Positions 25,259 through 36,913 of a DNA stretch of 37,745 nt are shown piece after piece. The DNA lies in the NCBI GenBank assembly GCA_031763465.1, contig JARFOE010000192.1:7923352-7961096 (forward strand), read 5' to 3'. The position numbers and the translations under genes were made by a program. The stretch comes from Squatina squatina. Lineage: Eukaryota. Position 1 is the stretch's first letter. Each line of letters opens with the position of its first letter. The notes under the pieces are model-generated. The model made no database searches and was not told the DNA's origin. It worked only from the letters and a program-made list of their open reading frames with translations.

Positions 25259-26119
25259 NNNNNNNNNNNNNNNNNNNNNNNNNNNNNNNNNNNNNNNNNN
25301 NNNNNNNNNNNNNNNNNNNNNNNNNNNNNNNNNNNNNNNNNNNNNNNNNNNNNNNNNNAAACTTTTCAAAGTCTTCTTAAAAGGTCAAGTGGAGAATAGA
25401 TTTTTTTTTTAAAGTTTGTCCTCATCAAGGTGAGCGGTGTTTTTGTTGCAGAATAGAACTCTTCCCGTTTCATGCAGTGTCAGCATCAAGCACTCCCAGA
25501 TCAGATATTGCACAGGCAGATGCAAAGTAATGCTCCCTCCATGCTGCCCCAACACCACACATTAACTCCAAACTCCAAACTCATACTTGGCTACAGCAGT
25601 GTGACATTTTCCATTTCCCACAAGCCATCCCGTGACCTCTGTGATTGCCAATAAGTGTCAAATTAGGGACAGTTTTGTGCTACAGGTCCATGCCCAGTAG
25701 GAACTAGATGGCGACTGCCCAAATGCATTTCGTGTATTCTCACAGCCAAAAGGCAGAGATGGCTTTCATTCCATTAGCCCAGGTTGGGATTGAAGATCAA
25801 ACTGCTAGCAGGAGAATAATTGTAAAAGATAAAAGGCATCAAAAATAATGAGAAGGGATCGTAAAAACATCTACTGAGATTAACTGAAATACATAAGGGG
25901 CAAGAGTAGAATTGAAAAGATGTTGGCAACAATGGTGTCAAAATATATTTGGTGGATTTGTATAACACGATTCCATTCGTATTAACAGCAGAAGAAAAGC
26001 CAATCATGATACGCCATTAATAATTCTCTTCTCATACCTGTCAACCAACTAACAAGCTGCTTAACGTGTCTAAAAGTTTAACTAGTTATTTCAGCTTGGG
26101 CAGACAGTGGGACTAATAG

Positions 26120-26520
26120 CTAGATTTTCCTCTATAATATCACCTGATCTTGTTTCAGAAAACAATGGAAAATGGGGTCAAATCGGGTGGTGAGGCCAAC
26201 CACTGCCTCCCTACTACAAGCTCCATTTTCTTTCATATGACACCACTGAGACCGAGTCCCTTACCCTGCCCGCCACATCAAAATGCTGGAGGGAGTCATT
26301 TCCCTCCCATGTGCCTATCTTATCTCCACTCTCAGGACCACCTGGTGAAAGAGGATGGTGGGCCCAGAATAGCGATGGTAATGGCTCCAATTTCTGTAAA
26401 TGAAAGGATAGGACCCAGTAGCAGCTTCCTCTCCCTCCAGTTTTGCTCCCATGCACCTACATTTGTAGGCCTCAAAAAGACCAGTAGCTCACTTCATCTT
26501 TGAGGCATTTCTGCCCCATT
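26120..26520. mobile_element. Degenerate MITE-like DNA transposon
   Basis: It starts with a TIR-like gctagattttcc and has a GC-richer interior. The boundaries are approximate. Confidence 0.3.
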
Positions 26521-26574
26521 AATGTCCCACAGCAACAGGGCTTATTAGGGACCACAACCTGTGTGTGGAGGCAG

Positions 26575-26712
26575 AAGACATGGGCATGGTTCTGAATGAA
26601 TATTTTGCATGTTTTCATGAAAGAAATAGACATTGCAATCAGAGAAGAGGAGTGTGAAATATTAGATGAAATTAACATAGTGAGAGAGGAAGTATTAAGA
26701 GTTTTAATATCT
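26575..26712 (+). mobile_element. CR1 LINE ORF2 internal fragment (upstream of RT)
   Basis: It reads MGMVLNEYFA / VFMKEIDIAIREEECEILDEINIVREEVLRVL, resembling the CR1 motif LNEYFASVFT...I..EEVL..L. Confidence 0.7.
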
Positions 26713-29700
26713 NNNNNNNNNNNNNNNNNNNNNNNNNNNNNNNNNNNNNNNNNNNNNNNNNNNNNNNNNNNNNNNNNNNNNNNNNNNNNNNNNNNNNNNN
26801 NNNNNNNNNNNNCACTCAATTTGCACCACCGGCAGGCCCTTTCATGCATCCATCACAGTTTGTAAAATCATATCTAAGCCTTTGTGTCGTAGAGTCTTAC
26901 AGTGTTCGGTTTTGTAAAGAGTGATTTTTTTTTTCTAGCATGTGTGAGCCTAATTATATTATTTTACAACATTGGACAAGCTTCTGCCCATGGCTTCACC
27001 CATAAAAACTGAATCATCAGGACGGTAGCCACGAGGCAGCTGTGCGTACATTATTTTGTTCTGGAAGCATTTTTGGCAAAGTTTTTTTTTTGGCAGCAAG
27101 CAGTTCCTGAGAACTGCACTGTCTCTCTTGCAGATCTGCACGCTCCAAAGTGCTGTTGATGTCTTACTGAACTGAAATTGTTGAAAGAAAACTGAATCGC
27201 AGCAGCCTTCTGTATTAATGTTAATTACAAAAAATTCAAAAGAGCAGAAGACCTTTGGGTCTGACATTTTAGAAGTTGCTCTGCTGAGTGGCAAGTGATT
27301 GTAGTTAAATTACAGCAAGACCACAGTAATGATTGTTGCAGCACTACTTACACATGCATTAANNNNNNNNNNNNNNNNNNNNNNNNNNNNNNNNNNNNNN
27401 NNNNNNNNNNNNNNNNNNNNNNNNNNNNNNNNNNNNNNNNNNNNNNNNNNNNNNNNNNNNNNTTACTTAACGCCTTGTTAGCATTCCATGGAGGCGCTAA
27501 CGAGGCTATAAAAAGGGGCAATATGATTCTAAGGTGCCCCACTGGAAGTAAAATAGTCTTCTGCAGCGATGCCTTAAAGTGCTAATTATCCTGAAACTCT
27601 ATGTTTAGTAAGTACTTTTGATCCCCAAAATCCCCTCTGAACAATCTAAACCTTCAGAGTTGGATAAATCTGCTTCCAACCCCTTTAACAAACTCTTTCC
27701 TGATGCCGGAAACAGGTAGATAGACAGATACGGGACATCTTGCAGCACGGCTATCTTGGAGTGTTGGTCGACCATCAGAGGCGTCTCTGAAAGTTAAAAT
27801 AATTGTCGCTGTAGTATTTGTTTGTGATCATTTTTATTTATTTTTTGTTATTATTTTACGGCGCTCAGATGCAGTTCTGCACTTTCGTTCCAATTTATTT
27901 TTCCTGTAAGATCTTCATTCTTTGTGACATGAACGCATCTTGAGTTTTGTTAGCTTATCTTTTCTAGCTGTTTTTTTCCTTCCAGTTCAATAACACATTA
28001 CTGAAGCAATAACACTGCAAGGAAATCCAATCCAATAAATACAGAAGATTTAATACACATCTGACAGCCTGGACGTACTGCATTCTTCACAGGAGTCTCA
28101 GGAGAGATTTATTTACCGATTATTTAATTTAAAATGCAATGGCAGTGCCTTTGTCTTATTGGATTGTTTTTAATTTCTTTGAAATATTTAATTACATGAA
28201 AAATGTCTAACGTCTAACCTTTTATTATTATATTTTCCAAACAACTGAGCAGTTTCTGGACGACTCGTACAAAACTCATTGTTTCCATATGAAATTATAA
28301 CAATCAAACTGTCCTAAAAATTATTAGAATTCATAACCAAATATGGCATCGCAATGTTGTGTGTGGGATTTGCAGCACACAACCCATTGAGGTTGCAACT
28401 GAGAATATTCGTTCCAGTATGTCTTTTCAAAAAAGAGTCCTCATGATAACCTCATGAAAATGTAAACTCAGGCCCTTTTATCGGACTTGTTAATAAATTA
28501 ATAAGTTATGGAATATGCCATTCCGCCCAACCAGTNNNNNNNNNNNNNNNNNNNNNNNNNNNNNNNNNNNNNNNNNNNNNNNNNNNNNNNNNNNNNNNNN
28601 NNNNNNNNNNNNNNNNNNNNNNNNNNNNNNNNNNNTGAAAAAAGCAAATAAATTAATGGTACATTATTTAAAAACCATTTCCATTCAGGTAAGTATATTT
28701 TTATACATTTTAAAAGATTTTTTAAATTTCAAAAATAAAAATTTTGTATTTCCATTTTTATTCAATTTTAATGTTACAATAGTTTTTAAAATGTTTTTTG
28801 ATGTGCTTGTGCAGTTTAATATCTCCGATTCACACTTTTGCAAATTGGCCATATATGGAACAGATCTGTCAAAGCTTGAATGGGAGATACTCCTACCTGA
28901 TAGGTTGGGGCCTCCCATGTGACCTCTCCAGTCTCTCCAAAGAACTTAGAAACGAAAGAGGGGAGCCACGCTGTGCATGCCCAACTATGGAGGCAGAAGA
29001 CAGCAAGTTCCCGTGGCTCCCAGACTCTCAGGTAAGTTCGTAGAGATATTTGCGATCGGAGGCATCCGCACGCAGGAAGCAAATTCAGCTCCTCTATTTT
29101 GTGCCCAGTGTATCTAAATCCTTATTTACACTCTGGCTTGCTGTGACTTGAATTGCTTATTCTAGGTACTACAGAGATCAGCTGCACTGTCCACAACATA
29201 TATGCTAAACCACAGGCCACAGATTCCAGTTGCATAGGAAACGTATAAATGGTGTGCCATCAAGACTCTCATTGCACAAAAGCAAGACATGCAGATGAAA
29301 GGTGCGATCTCTTTCCTTTCTGTATCTGTCAACACAACAATGTAATAATGTGAAATCCTTGATCAGCTCATTTCTGCTATTATAACTTCAGTGTGAGGAG
29401 GTTGACAACAGAAATAGTGAATCAGAGTTGGATCCATGCTGGAACAATGGAATAAAAGACAACAGTGTACAATCTCATCTGAAACATTTTTGCAGATTTG
29501 CCTCACAGTTGAACCATAGCAATCCTCAGACGAGTAGACCTGCTTGTTGAGAAGCTGTGGAGTTATTGATATAGAGAGTTCAACAGAATTCTAATCTTCT
29601 AATGTGGAACTAATTAGAATTTTGTTAGATGGAAGTGCAATTATACTTGTCAGCAGAGGGGTTCAGATGTGCGACACAGCTGCTGCAGCAATTAAAGAAA

Positions 29701-29990
29701 GAAGTTACAGAAAGGAAAACTAACCACATGGTTGGCTGCTTGGTGTTTGTTCCAATGTACATCAGACCTGTCACCTGTTTTTCTTTCTGGTGTATTAACA
29801 TTTATTGATATTACTGCAGATAGATTTAGAGCATATTTATTATGAATCCAATTATTATTGTAATTGCATCCTTGTTAGATATGAATCAGANNNNNNNNNN
29901 NNNNNNNNNNNNNNNNNNNNNNNNNNNNNNNNNNNNNNNNNNNNNNNNNNNNNNNNNNNNNNNNNNNNNNNNNNNNNNNNNNNNNNNNNN

Positions 29991-30168
29991 TTAAATGTTA
30001 CTGGACAGACTGTAGCCTAAGTAATTGTGTGAAAATGGCAGCAGCCAGAACAACACCAATTTTAAAGTTGCCATATACATGAGCTTCCCTTTGTGGCTCC
30101 TCCTCCTCCTCCTCCTCCTCCAGCACATGTATTATGTGCTGGGGTATTCCCATGGGGAAGCCCATAGT
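29991..30168. repeat. Direct repeat copy 1 (paired with 30938-31100), containing a (CTC)n run
   Basis: The sequence ttaaatgttactggacagactgtagcctaagtaattgtgtg...cccatggggaagcccatagt occurs twice, with starts 947 bp apart. Confidence 0.92.
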
Positions 30169-30937
30169 CCTCCTCATCATCACCAACATCTTCTTCCTCT
30201 TCCTCGTCATTCTAGCCTGCACATCCGCTAGCGCCACCCCCCGTTTCCATGATGGATTTGCAGGACAGGAGGGTCAAGCTAAGATTAAATAAGTATAAGC
30301 CCTTTGGAATTATGGAGAGTAGTGGATGGAAACTGGTGGCTAAAAGGAAAATATATCCATTCAAGGCCTTGTGCCATTCCATAGGCTTTTATTTTCCTGT
30401 GCTTGTAACTTGCACATGAGATCAAAAATATGAGTGCAGATACAGTACATTTGAACAATTTGGCTCGTTCTCTATAGGTGCCTCTGGTCCCCCCATCCAA
30501 TTATCTTTTGAATGACTTGAGAGGTTTTGCTTCCCATACTCGACCTTTTATTCAGTATACAACTTACTCCAATCATCTCTCAAATCATTTAATGTTTCAA
30601 CTGCTCAAATCTAATTTTCTCCTTGTTTCTAAAACTTGGGTTTTATATCCAGAACGGAGATCACAGGATGCCAATCTCAGAGCTGTATGGTACAAAATTA
30701 CTTGATGGATAGTCCTTTTAGTGATCAGTGGAATGAAAGGTGATAGGATTCTACTGTGTACATATTAATGCTATCTGGCTGTCAAATGCAAATCTCTCAT
30801 GCAAAACTTAATGGTCCTGAAATTCCTGGGGCCACAATCTGCTGCAGGAAGTGCATTTGAAGGGAAAGGGAGGAGGGGCTTTTGGCCTCTGTCTGCTCCT
30901 AATATTGACCCAGTCAGAAATTCTGGGGTCAGCTGAT

Positions 30938-31100
30938 TTAAATGTTACTGGACAGACTGTAGCCTAAGTAATTGTGTGGAGATGGTAGCAGCCGGAACAA
31001 CACCAATTTTAAAGTTGCCATATACACGAGCTTCCTTTTGTGGCTTATCCTCCTCCAGCAGTATTATGTGCAGGGGTATTCCCATGGGGAAGCCCATAGT
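30938..31100. repeat. Direct repeat copy 2
   Basis: It is near-identical to 29991-30168 apart from scattered substitutions and a shorter CTC tract. Confidence 0.92.
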
Positions 31101-32370
31101 GTTGCTTCTCTGGGTGCTTTACAAAGTCCCCTGGTGGCACATCCACTCCAAAATGAACACAAAGTGAAGTCTAAAGTTTCAAATCTCCAATAAAAATAAA
31201 AATCGGATCAGTAATTACTAGGTTATGAGAAAAACTTTCCAGGTAGATGCAAGCTTCACTGCAGCCCTGCAGANNNNNNNNNNNNNNNNNNNNNNNNNNN
31301 NNNNNNNNNNNNNNNNNNNNNNNNNNNNNNNNNNNNNNNNNNNNNNNNNNNNNNNNNNNNNNNNNNNNNNNNNGGGATTGAAAAGTTAAGCTGCTCCTTT
31401 GTAGAATGATTAATTGTTCTAGGCAAGGCAACTGCTGAGCTGCAGCAGAAGTCACAGTAATTTCTGTCCCTCCCATCTGATTGCATTGACAGTGCCACTG
31501 GAGCACATCCAAATTACCCTGATACCAGGAAATTATCTGAGGTCAAAAACTTTTTAAGTATTATAAATCATGATAAAATTAGCAACAGAAAAAAAGATCT
31601 AGAGTAACTACTTTTGTTCTAGCTATGAGGGTAGAGTTTTTGAGTCCTCACACATAATCTCAAGCTGCATTGGAGAGTCACAAGCCCACAGCCTGCAGTT
31701 TTTTGATGCACAATCGCAGTGTGCGAGGGTGCAGAAAATCTACCCGACAATATTAACTGTTATGGTGAGAGGAAACTGCTATGTTCCTACTTCCCCACAG
31801 CAGGTAATGATGGAACATCCTAACTACTGGTTATTAATGAGATAATTTGAATAAAACCTTCTTTGTACACTTAAAGTGGTCTACAGAAGCTGAAGGCTAT
31901 CTGCTCCCAGTATTTAAAGAAAATTCTTCATGACCCAAAATTAGGTGTCAGGCTTCACCAAGAATGCCCTGATGATTTAAAGTAGTAACACAAACAAACT
32001 TTATTCAGTAGTGTCTTGGGCATCAAGCACTTAAAATGTGCTTCAAGACTTCTACATTCGTAAAACAGAGGTTTTAACCAATTATTCTCCTGGAATATAT
32101 GAACTATATCTCAGGGGGCCTAGAGAGGTAAGGGAAGAAATCTGAAGCAGTAAAGGTCATTTTGAAGAATTTCCTACAGGCTGTCCCCATATTTAGTCAA
32201 GTTGTTCCCCAAAAATCACCTAAGCCACAAGTGAAAAACATTCTTTCTACAATCCTACTACTAGTAGCCCAACATTATCCCTCTGGATTCTCTACACTGA
32301 AATCAATACAATATAGCTGTTTTCACTGTAGCAGTGATTGCCTCATATGCCAAACGTCATGTTGATGTAC

Positions 32371-32474
32371 CTGTGGGATGTCAGGACTGCAGCACACCCA
32401 GCCTCCACTTCTCTCATGATTGTGTTCCAGAGATAGCGCTTGGATTCAGGATCCATTCCTGAACTCGGCTCATC
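32371..32474 (-). CDS. ABCA13: ABCA13 exon, NBD2 Walker B / D-loop to H-loop
   Basis: It is absent from the ORF track. The 104-nt exon has an atttag acceptor and a CAG|GTAC donor and encodes [34 protein letters not shown](S). Human ABCA13 as I recall it reads [35 protein letters not shown]. Confidence 0.92.
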
Positions 32475-32574
32475 CTAAATATAAAGAACCACACACCAAA
32501 ACTTCAGACTCAGAAGGTGTGTTTACATTGATCATACAATGACAGTTGATGCATAGCAACAGCTATAACATACA

Positions 32575-32738
32575 TAGCCAGTGAGGTCATTAAAAACATT
32601 TATTTGGTCCTGGTGAGCCCACATTTGGAGTGTTGTTGTAGCTTTGATCTTCCTATTTCAAAAAAGATATTCAGTTATTGAAGGTGGTGTAGAGAATGGA
32701 TACATGGTTGATACCAGACCTTAAGGGAATGATGTACG
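32575..32738 (+). mobile_element. Old CR1 LINE ORF2 fragment
   Basis: It is a degenerate LV(R)PHLE(Y)C...PYFKKDI.LLKVV.R...LIPDLKGMMY with stops and indels. Confidence 0.65.
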
Positions 32739-32854
32739 NNNNNNNNNNNNNNNNNNNNNNNNNNNNNNNNNNNNNNNNNNNNNNNNNNNNNNNNNNNNNN
32801 NNNNNNNNNNNNNNNNNNNNNNNNNNNNNNNNNNNNNNAAGTTAAGCGTGACCT

Positions 32855-33003
32855 ACAACTACAAGTAGGCCAGACCGGGTATGGGTGGCAGGTTCTCACC
32901 CATAAAAGACATCAGTGAACCAGTTTTTTTTTAAAAACAATAATCTGGCAGTTTTCTTGGGCATGTGATTCTGGTATCAAAATTACCAAACTTATTGAAT
33001 TCA
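32855..33003 (-). mobile_element. tRNA-SINE body fragment (probably the same family as 23752-23849)
   Basis: The sequence gtaggccagaccgggtatgggtggcagg...gacatcagtgaaccag...attgaattc resembles a common elasmobranch SINE, recognised from memory. Confidence 0.55.
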
Positions 33004-33014
33004 ATTACATAACT

Positions 33015-33285
33015 ATACCCCTCCCAGATCTCTGCGTTCCCCACACTCAGACCCCTCTGGCATCCCTCATTTCCTTCATCCCACTGTTGGCGGCCATGCC
33101 TCCAACTGTCCAGGCTCCAAACTCCTGAATTCACTCTCTAAACCTCTCCACCTCTCTCCTCCTTGGCCAGTCATCCCTCCTAATGTCTCTTCCTTTGCCT
33201 GTCGATTTTTATCTGATTACACTTCTGTGAAACACCTTGCAATGTTTTTCTATGTTAAAGGTGCAATATAAATGCAAGATGTTGT
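33015..33285 (+). mobile_element. L2 LINE 3' end
   Basis: It ends ctgtgaaacaccttgcaatgtttttctatgttaaaggtgcaatataaatgcaag, the L2-type 3' tail. Confidence 0.75.
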
Positions 33286-33417
33286 GATAAATAAAACATA
33301 CTGCAGCAGTTAAGTTATTAAACAATAGAAATAATCCATAGTGCCACCTAACACCCGAGTGGGAATGTATATGTTTCTCCAACATTATCCCTTCAGACAT
33401 GCTTTTATTTATCATAC

Positions 33418-33526
33418 CGTATTGTGTCCAGTCAGTGCCTGCTGGTAGGTTAGCCCAGAGGATGAGGTTATTGAGTTGGTTCAGGTAGGCTGGTTCTGCA
33501 TGAAAGCCTTTTTGATTGTACCACAC
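33418..33526 (-). CDS. ABCA13: ABCA13 exon, second extracellular domain
   Basis: The 109-nt exon has a ttcatag acceptor and a G|GTATGA donor and encodes [36 protein letters not shown](G). Human ABCA13 as I recall it reads [37 protein letters not shown]. Confidence 0.92.
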
Positions 33527-34416
33527 CTATGAATAGACCATAAGTAGCAGTAATATCACTATACTTTTCACAGATCTGGTTCTATTATTTATAATACACA
33601 AACAACTTGTTAATTATCACAAATAGAAAAGAAATACCCAGTCACCTGACCATGCACCACAAGGTGGTTCTCATGGTCTTGAATTTCTCTTAACTCACAG
33701 TTGCGTAGTGTGTCAAAATAAGTGATTTGAAAATCTAAAGGTGGGTGCAATATGTTGATCTTATGATCTGTAATAGTCCTGTGAAGAGGGTAATTCATGT
33801 GCTGAGATTTCCTGCTGTTCCTTACCACAGTGGACATATATTTGGGAAAGTTAAATGTGCACCCCACCTCACTGAAGAACTTCCCAGCACCACCTTGTCT
33901 CTAATCCTTTTGGCACAAAATGTCATTGTGTGCCTCTGCTGCTAGTTCAGACATTGTGAAGTACCCATGCACACTTCTCCCAATTTTCTGTTCATCGATG
34001 TACCTGTAAGAAACTGCCTAATTGCCAATAACCTGAATGCTACCAACTGCAACTGAAACCCTCTCTGTTAAGGCACTTCCAATGAGCTAAACTATCTGTA
34101 CAGCAATGCACACAGTGTCTGTAATAAAACAGGGGAGCTGGAGGCAATCATGCATTGCGAGGANNNNNNNNNNNNNNNNNNNNNNNNNNNNNNNNNNNNN
34201 NNNNNNNNNNNNNNNNNNNNNNNNNNNNNNNNNNNNNNNNNNNNNNNNNNNNNNNNNNNNNNNATTAAATTCTCGACCCAAGTTAAAATACAGGCTTTAT
34301 AGTCTAGAATTCAGAACTCCCCTAGCCATGTTCAGGTTTCAGTAATCACTATTGGTAGTATCAACAACATTTGGTTTTGCTCAATCCCTATATGTCACAA
34401 CTTGAGAGTCACTGAC

Positions 34417-34574
34417 CTTTTTTGAAATAATGAGGCTATAACCCTGCCCATACTGTTCCTTCAAGTCGGCAGGAGAACCACAGCATCTCAATTCGCCTTT
34501 TTCAAGGATGGCAATTCGATCACTCAGGATGTCGGCTTCATCCAAATGGTGAGTAGTGAAAATAATAGTTCGAC
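34417..34574 (-). CDS. ABCA13: ABCA13 exon, NBD1 H-loop region
   Basis: The 158-nt exon has a ttcatcttgctag acceptor and an AAG|GTCAGT donor and encodes (G)[52 protein letters not shown]. Confidence 0.93.
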
Positions 34575-35561
34575 CTAGCAAGATGAAAAGAGATACAGAT
34601 ACTTAGTCAGTTAGGTGAGTGCATCATATATTAATAGCTGGCAAAGTTTGTTGTATAACATGTAAGGTAATACTTTTCCTTGATTTCAGATACATGCAAG
34701 GGGTTACTNNNNNNNNNNATGTCTAAGCCAGTTCATGGTCTGTGACAGTATTAAAAAAGTATGGGGGTGGGAGGTCTATAACGCAGGTCACTGCCCCTTT
34801 TGCACTTGATGTACTTGTCCAACAGTCCAGGGGTGGGTAACAGAATAATGATCCAGAAGTGACCTTCCACATTATTATCCAGCCATCATGCCAGACCACC
34901 TGGGTGAGCTAGGATTTACACTGGGTGTAAGACCTTGCTTTAGTACATGTTTTGTGTATGCGTTGGCTCCGATCCCAAAGAAAGGTGGGACAGCAGATCC
35001 AATGGCACCACTAAGATACGTTATAGTCTGTCTAACCATAACGATGTATGATTCCTCAAAATCACTTCAATCACAGTATGCCATGCTTCGCATATAAGTA
35101 CTACATAAAAGATGTCAGGATGGTCATCAGTCAGCAAAACCTGACTGGTCACATCAACCAAGCTGCCACCCATCATATTTGCAGGCCTTGTCAAACTACC
35201 TGACATTGTGGAGAACAGTCTTTACAAGTTCGGGGTCAGAGAGTTGGTGAGAAGCAGCTGGGNNNNNNNNNNNNNNNNNNNNNNNNNNNNNNNNNNNNNN
35301 NNNNNNNNNNNNNNNNNNNNNNNNNNNNNNNNNNNNNNNNNNNNNNNNNNNNNNNNNNNNNNTTCAGTCTCATAAACATTAGTCTTTAAGAAGGTCTTCA
35401 TTTGCATTAAATATTTAGCATGGCATTCAGTTCAGCATCAGACATTTTCAAATGACAATATCACAATCACTGTAAAACTCAGTTTATCATTCTGTATTTT
35501 CCACATAGCTTTTATCGTCAGAATTTCAATAAGTTGATTCCACGTTTTAAGAGTTTCTTAC

Positions 35562-35631
35562 CTGTTCCTGCCCCCTCAAAAAGAGTGATAATATATGCTC
35601 CCTGGCTGAATGCAGTCGGACACAGGAGACA
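35562..35631 (-). CDS. ABCA13: ABCA13 exon, first transmembrane domain
   Basis: It is absent from the ORF track. The 70-nt exon has a cctatctag acceptor and a CAG|GTAAGA donor and encodes CLLCPTAFSQGAYIITLFEGAGT(G), against human [24 protein letters not shown]. It joins the exon ending at 36640 in phase 0. Confidence 0.88.
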
Positions 35632-35804
35632 CTAGATAGGATTTAGATTTTTAAAACTTTTAGTAAGAGTTTAAAGTGTTAAATAATAAAACTCACTTAA
35701 ACATTAGAGACCGAATTTCTTGGGTTAACCAAAGCTAACATAACACAGGTTGCCAACATGCTGAATGGATAATGTAGATGTAGGCAGGTTACTTAAGTAG
35801 AATT

Positions 35805-36520
35805 ATATAGAATTGACAACATGGAAACATGTCATTTGGCCTAACCAGTCTATGTTGGTGTTTACTCTTGTCCCACGTATCTGCACTGTTTTCACATCCC
35901 TTCATTCTCTATTCTGCCAACAACCTATCCAACCTATTCTAAATGTAGACATGGTTTCCTATTCAATCACTAACTCTGGTAGTACAGCCCACAGCCTCAA
36001 AATGCTCTGCAAAAATGGTTTGCCTGCTCCCTACCCAGCCTCCAAAAACTGACTGTCCCATTTCCTACACAACTCATCATTGCCTTAACGAGGCACTTTT
36101 CTTTTAGGAGGCCGAGGTGCCCGCATGACTTAGTCATGAGCCTTGTTAATGCATGTACAGTGGGGTCCTGTGATATCATTAGGGCCCCAATGACATTTTA
36201 GTTGTCATCTGAGTGGGGCGTCCGCCGTGCCCCATATTGGTACATTTTAAATGTATCTTTCCAGAGCCAGGAGGGGCAGGAGAGCTTCTGCAGCTCTGGG
36301 CTCCTTCCTGCTCACCAGCAAGACAATGCAAAAAAAACCCACTTTTGATCTTACATCAATGGCTCTTCATTCTAGACTCCTCAACTACTGGAAATGGACT
36401 ATTTCTATCTACCCTGTCGCATCCTTTCACAATTTTTAACGCTTCTATCACAATGCCCCATGATCTGCGTTGTTCTAATGGAAAAAGCCCCACTTTTCCA
36501 AGTCTTTCTTCATATTTGTA
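35805..36520 (-). mobile_element. Old CR1 LINE 3' portion interrupted by a GC-richer insert (about 36030-36325)
   Basis: A CR1-like 3' UTR and ORF tail lie at 35805-36020. The continuation at 36330-36520 (tttctatctaccctgtc...cctttcacaatttt...gaaaaagcccc...agtctttcttcata) is CR1 in reverse complement. Confidence 0.55.
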
Positions 36521-36639
36521 ATTTTGTTAGACGTAGCACACAGAAACATTTTCCCTCAAGATATTAATCTTATTTCAATCACATGAGTTATAGACGTACC
36601 AAAGAAACAAAGATTGTAGAATTGGCTCATGCTACTTAC

Positions 36640-36744
36640 AATGAGAATCTGGCTGGAGAAGCTGAGCTGGTCCTGTATGACCACAAGGACCATATAGGGA
36701 AAGAAGGTTATGATGTAGATCAGGCAGGCACTGAGAGCTGCTGT
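36640..36744 (-). CDS. ABCA13: ABCA13 exon, 3' part only (first transmembrane domain)
   Basis: This frame is not shown in the ORF track. It encodes TAALSACLIYIITFFPYMVLVVIQDQLSFSSQILI followed by a GTAAGT donor, against human [35 protein letters not shown]. Similarity stops abruptly at about 36745, and an in-frame TAG lies at 36766-36768. Confidence 0.85.
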
Positions 36745-36913
36745 GGGGCGCTGGAGGCGCTCCTGCTAATTCTCCAACCACTTTCATGTGATCCATGTAA
36801 TTCATCTGTGAACTTTCCACTGACTTGGTTCTGTTAAAAGCTTGTGGGTTCAGCTTTCCACAGTTCATGGGCTCATTCTTGTGGATAAATAGAAGTGAAA
36901 GTTCTTGGAAAAA

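Noticed and set aside
29998-30237. Poly-Glu ORF as a host gene
   Set aside because: It derives from a CTC microsatellite inside a duplicated, repeat-like segment.
32010-32045. Minus-strand FKCL resembling ABCA13 GSFKCLGS
   Set aside because: The flanking residues and splice sites do not match.
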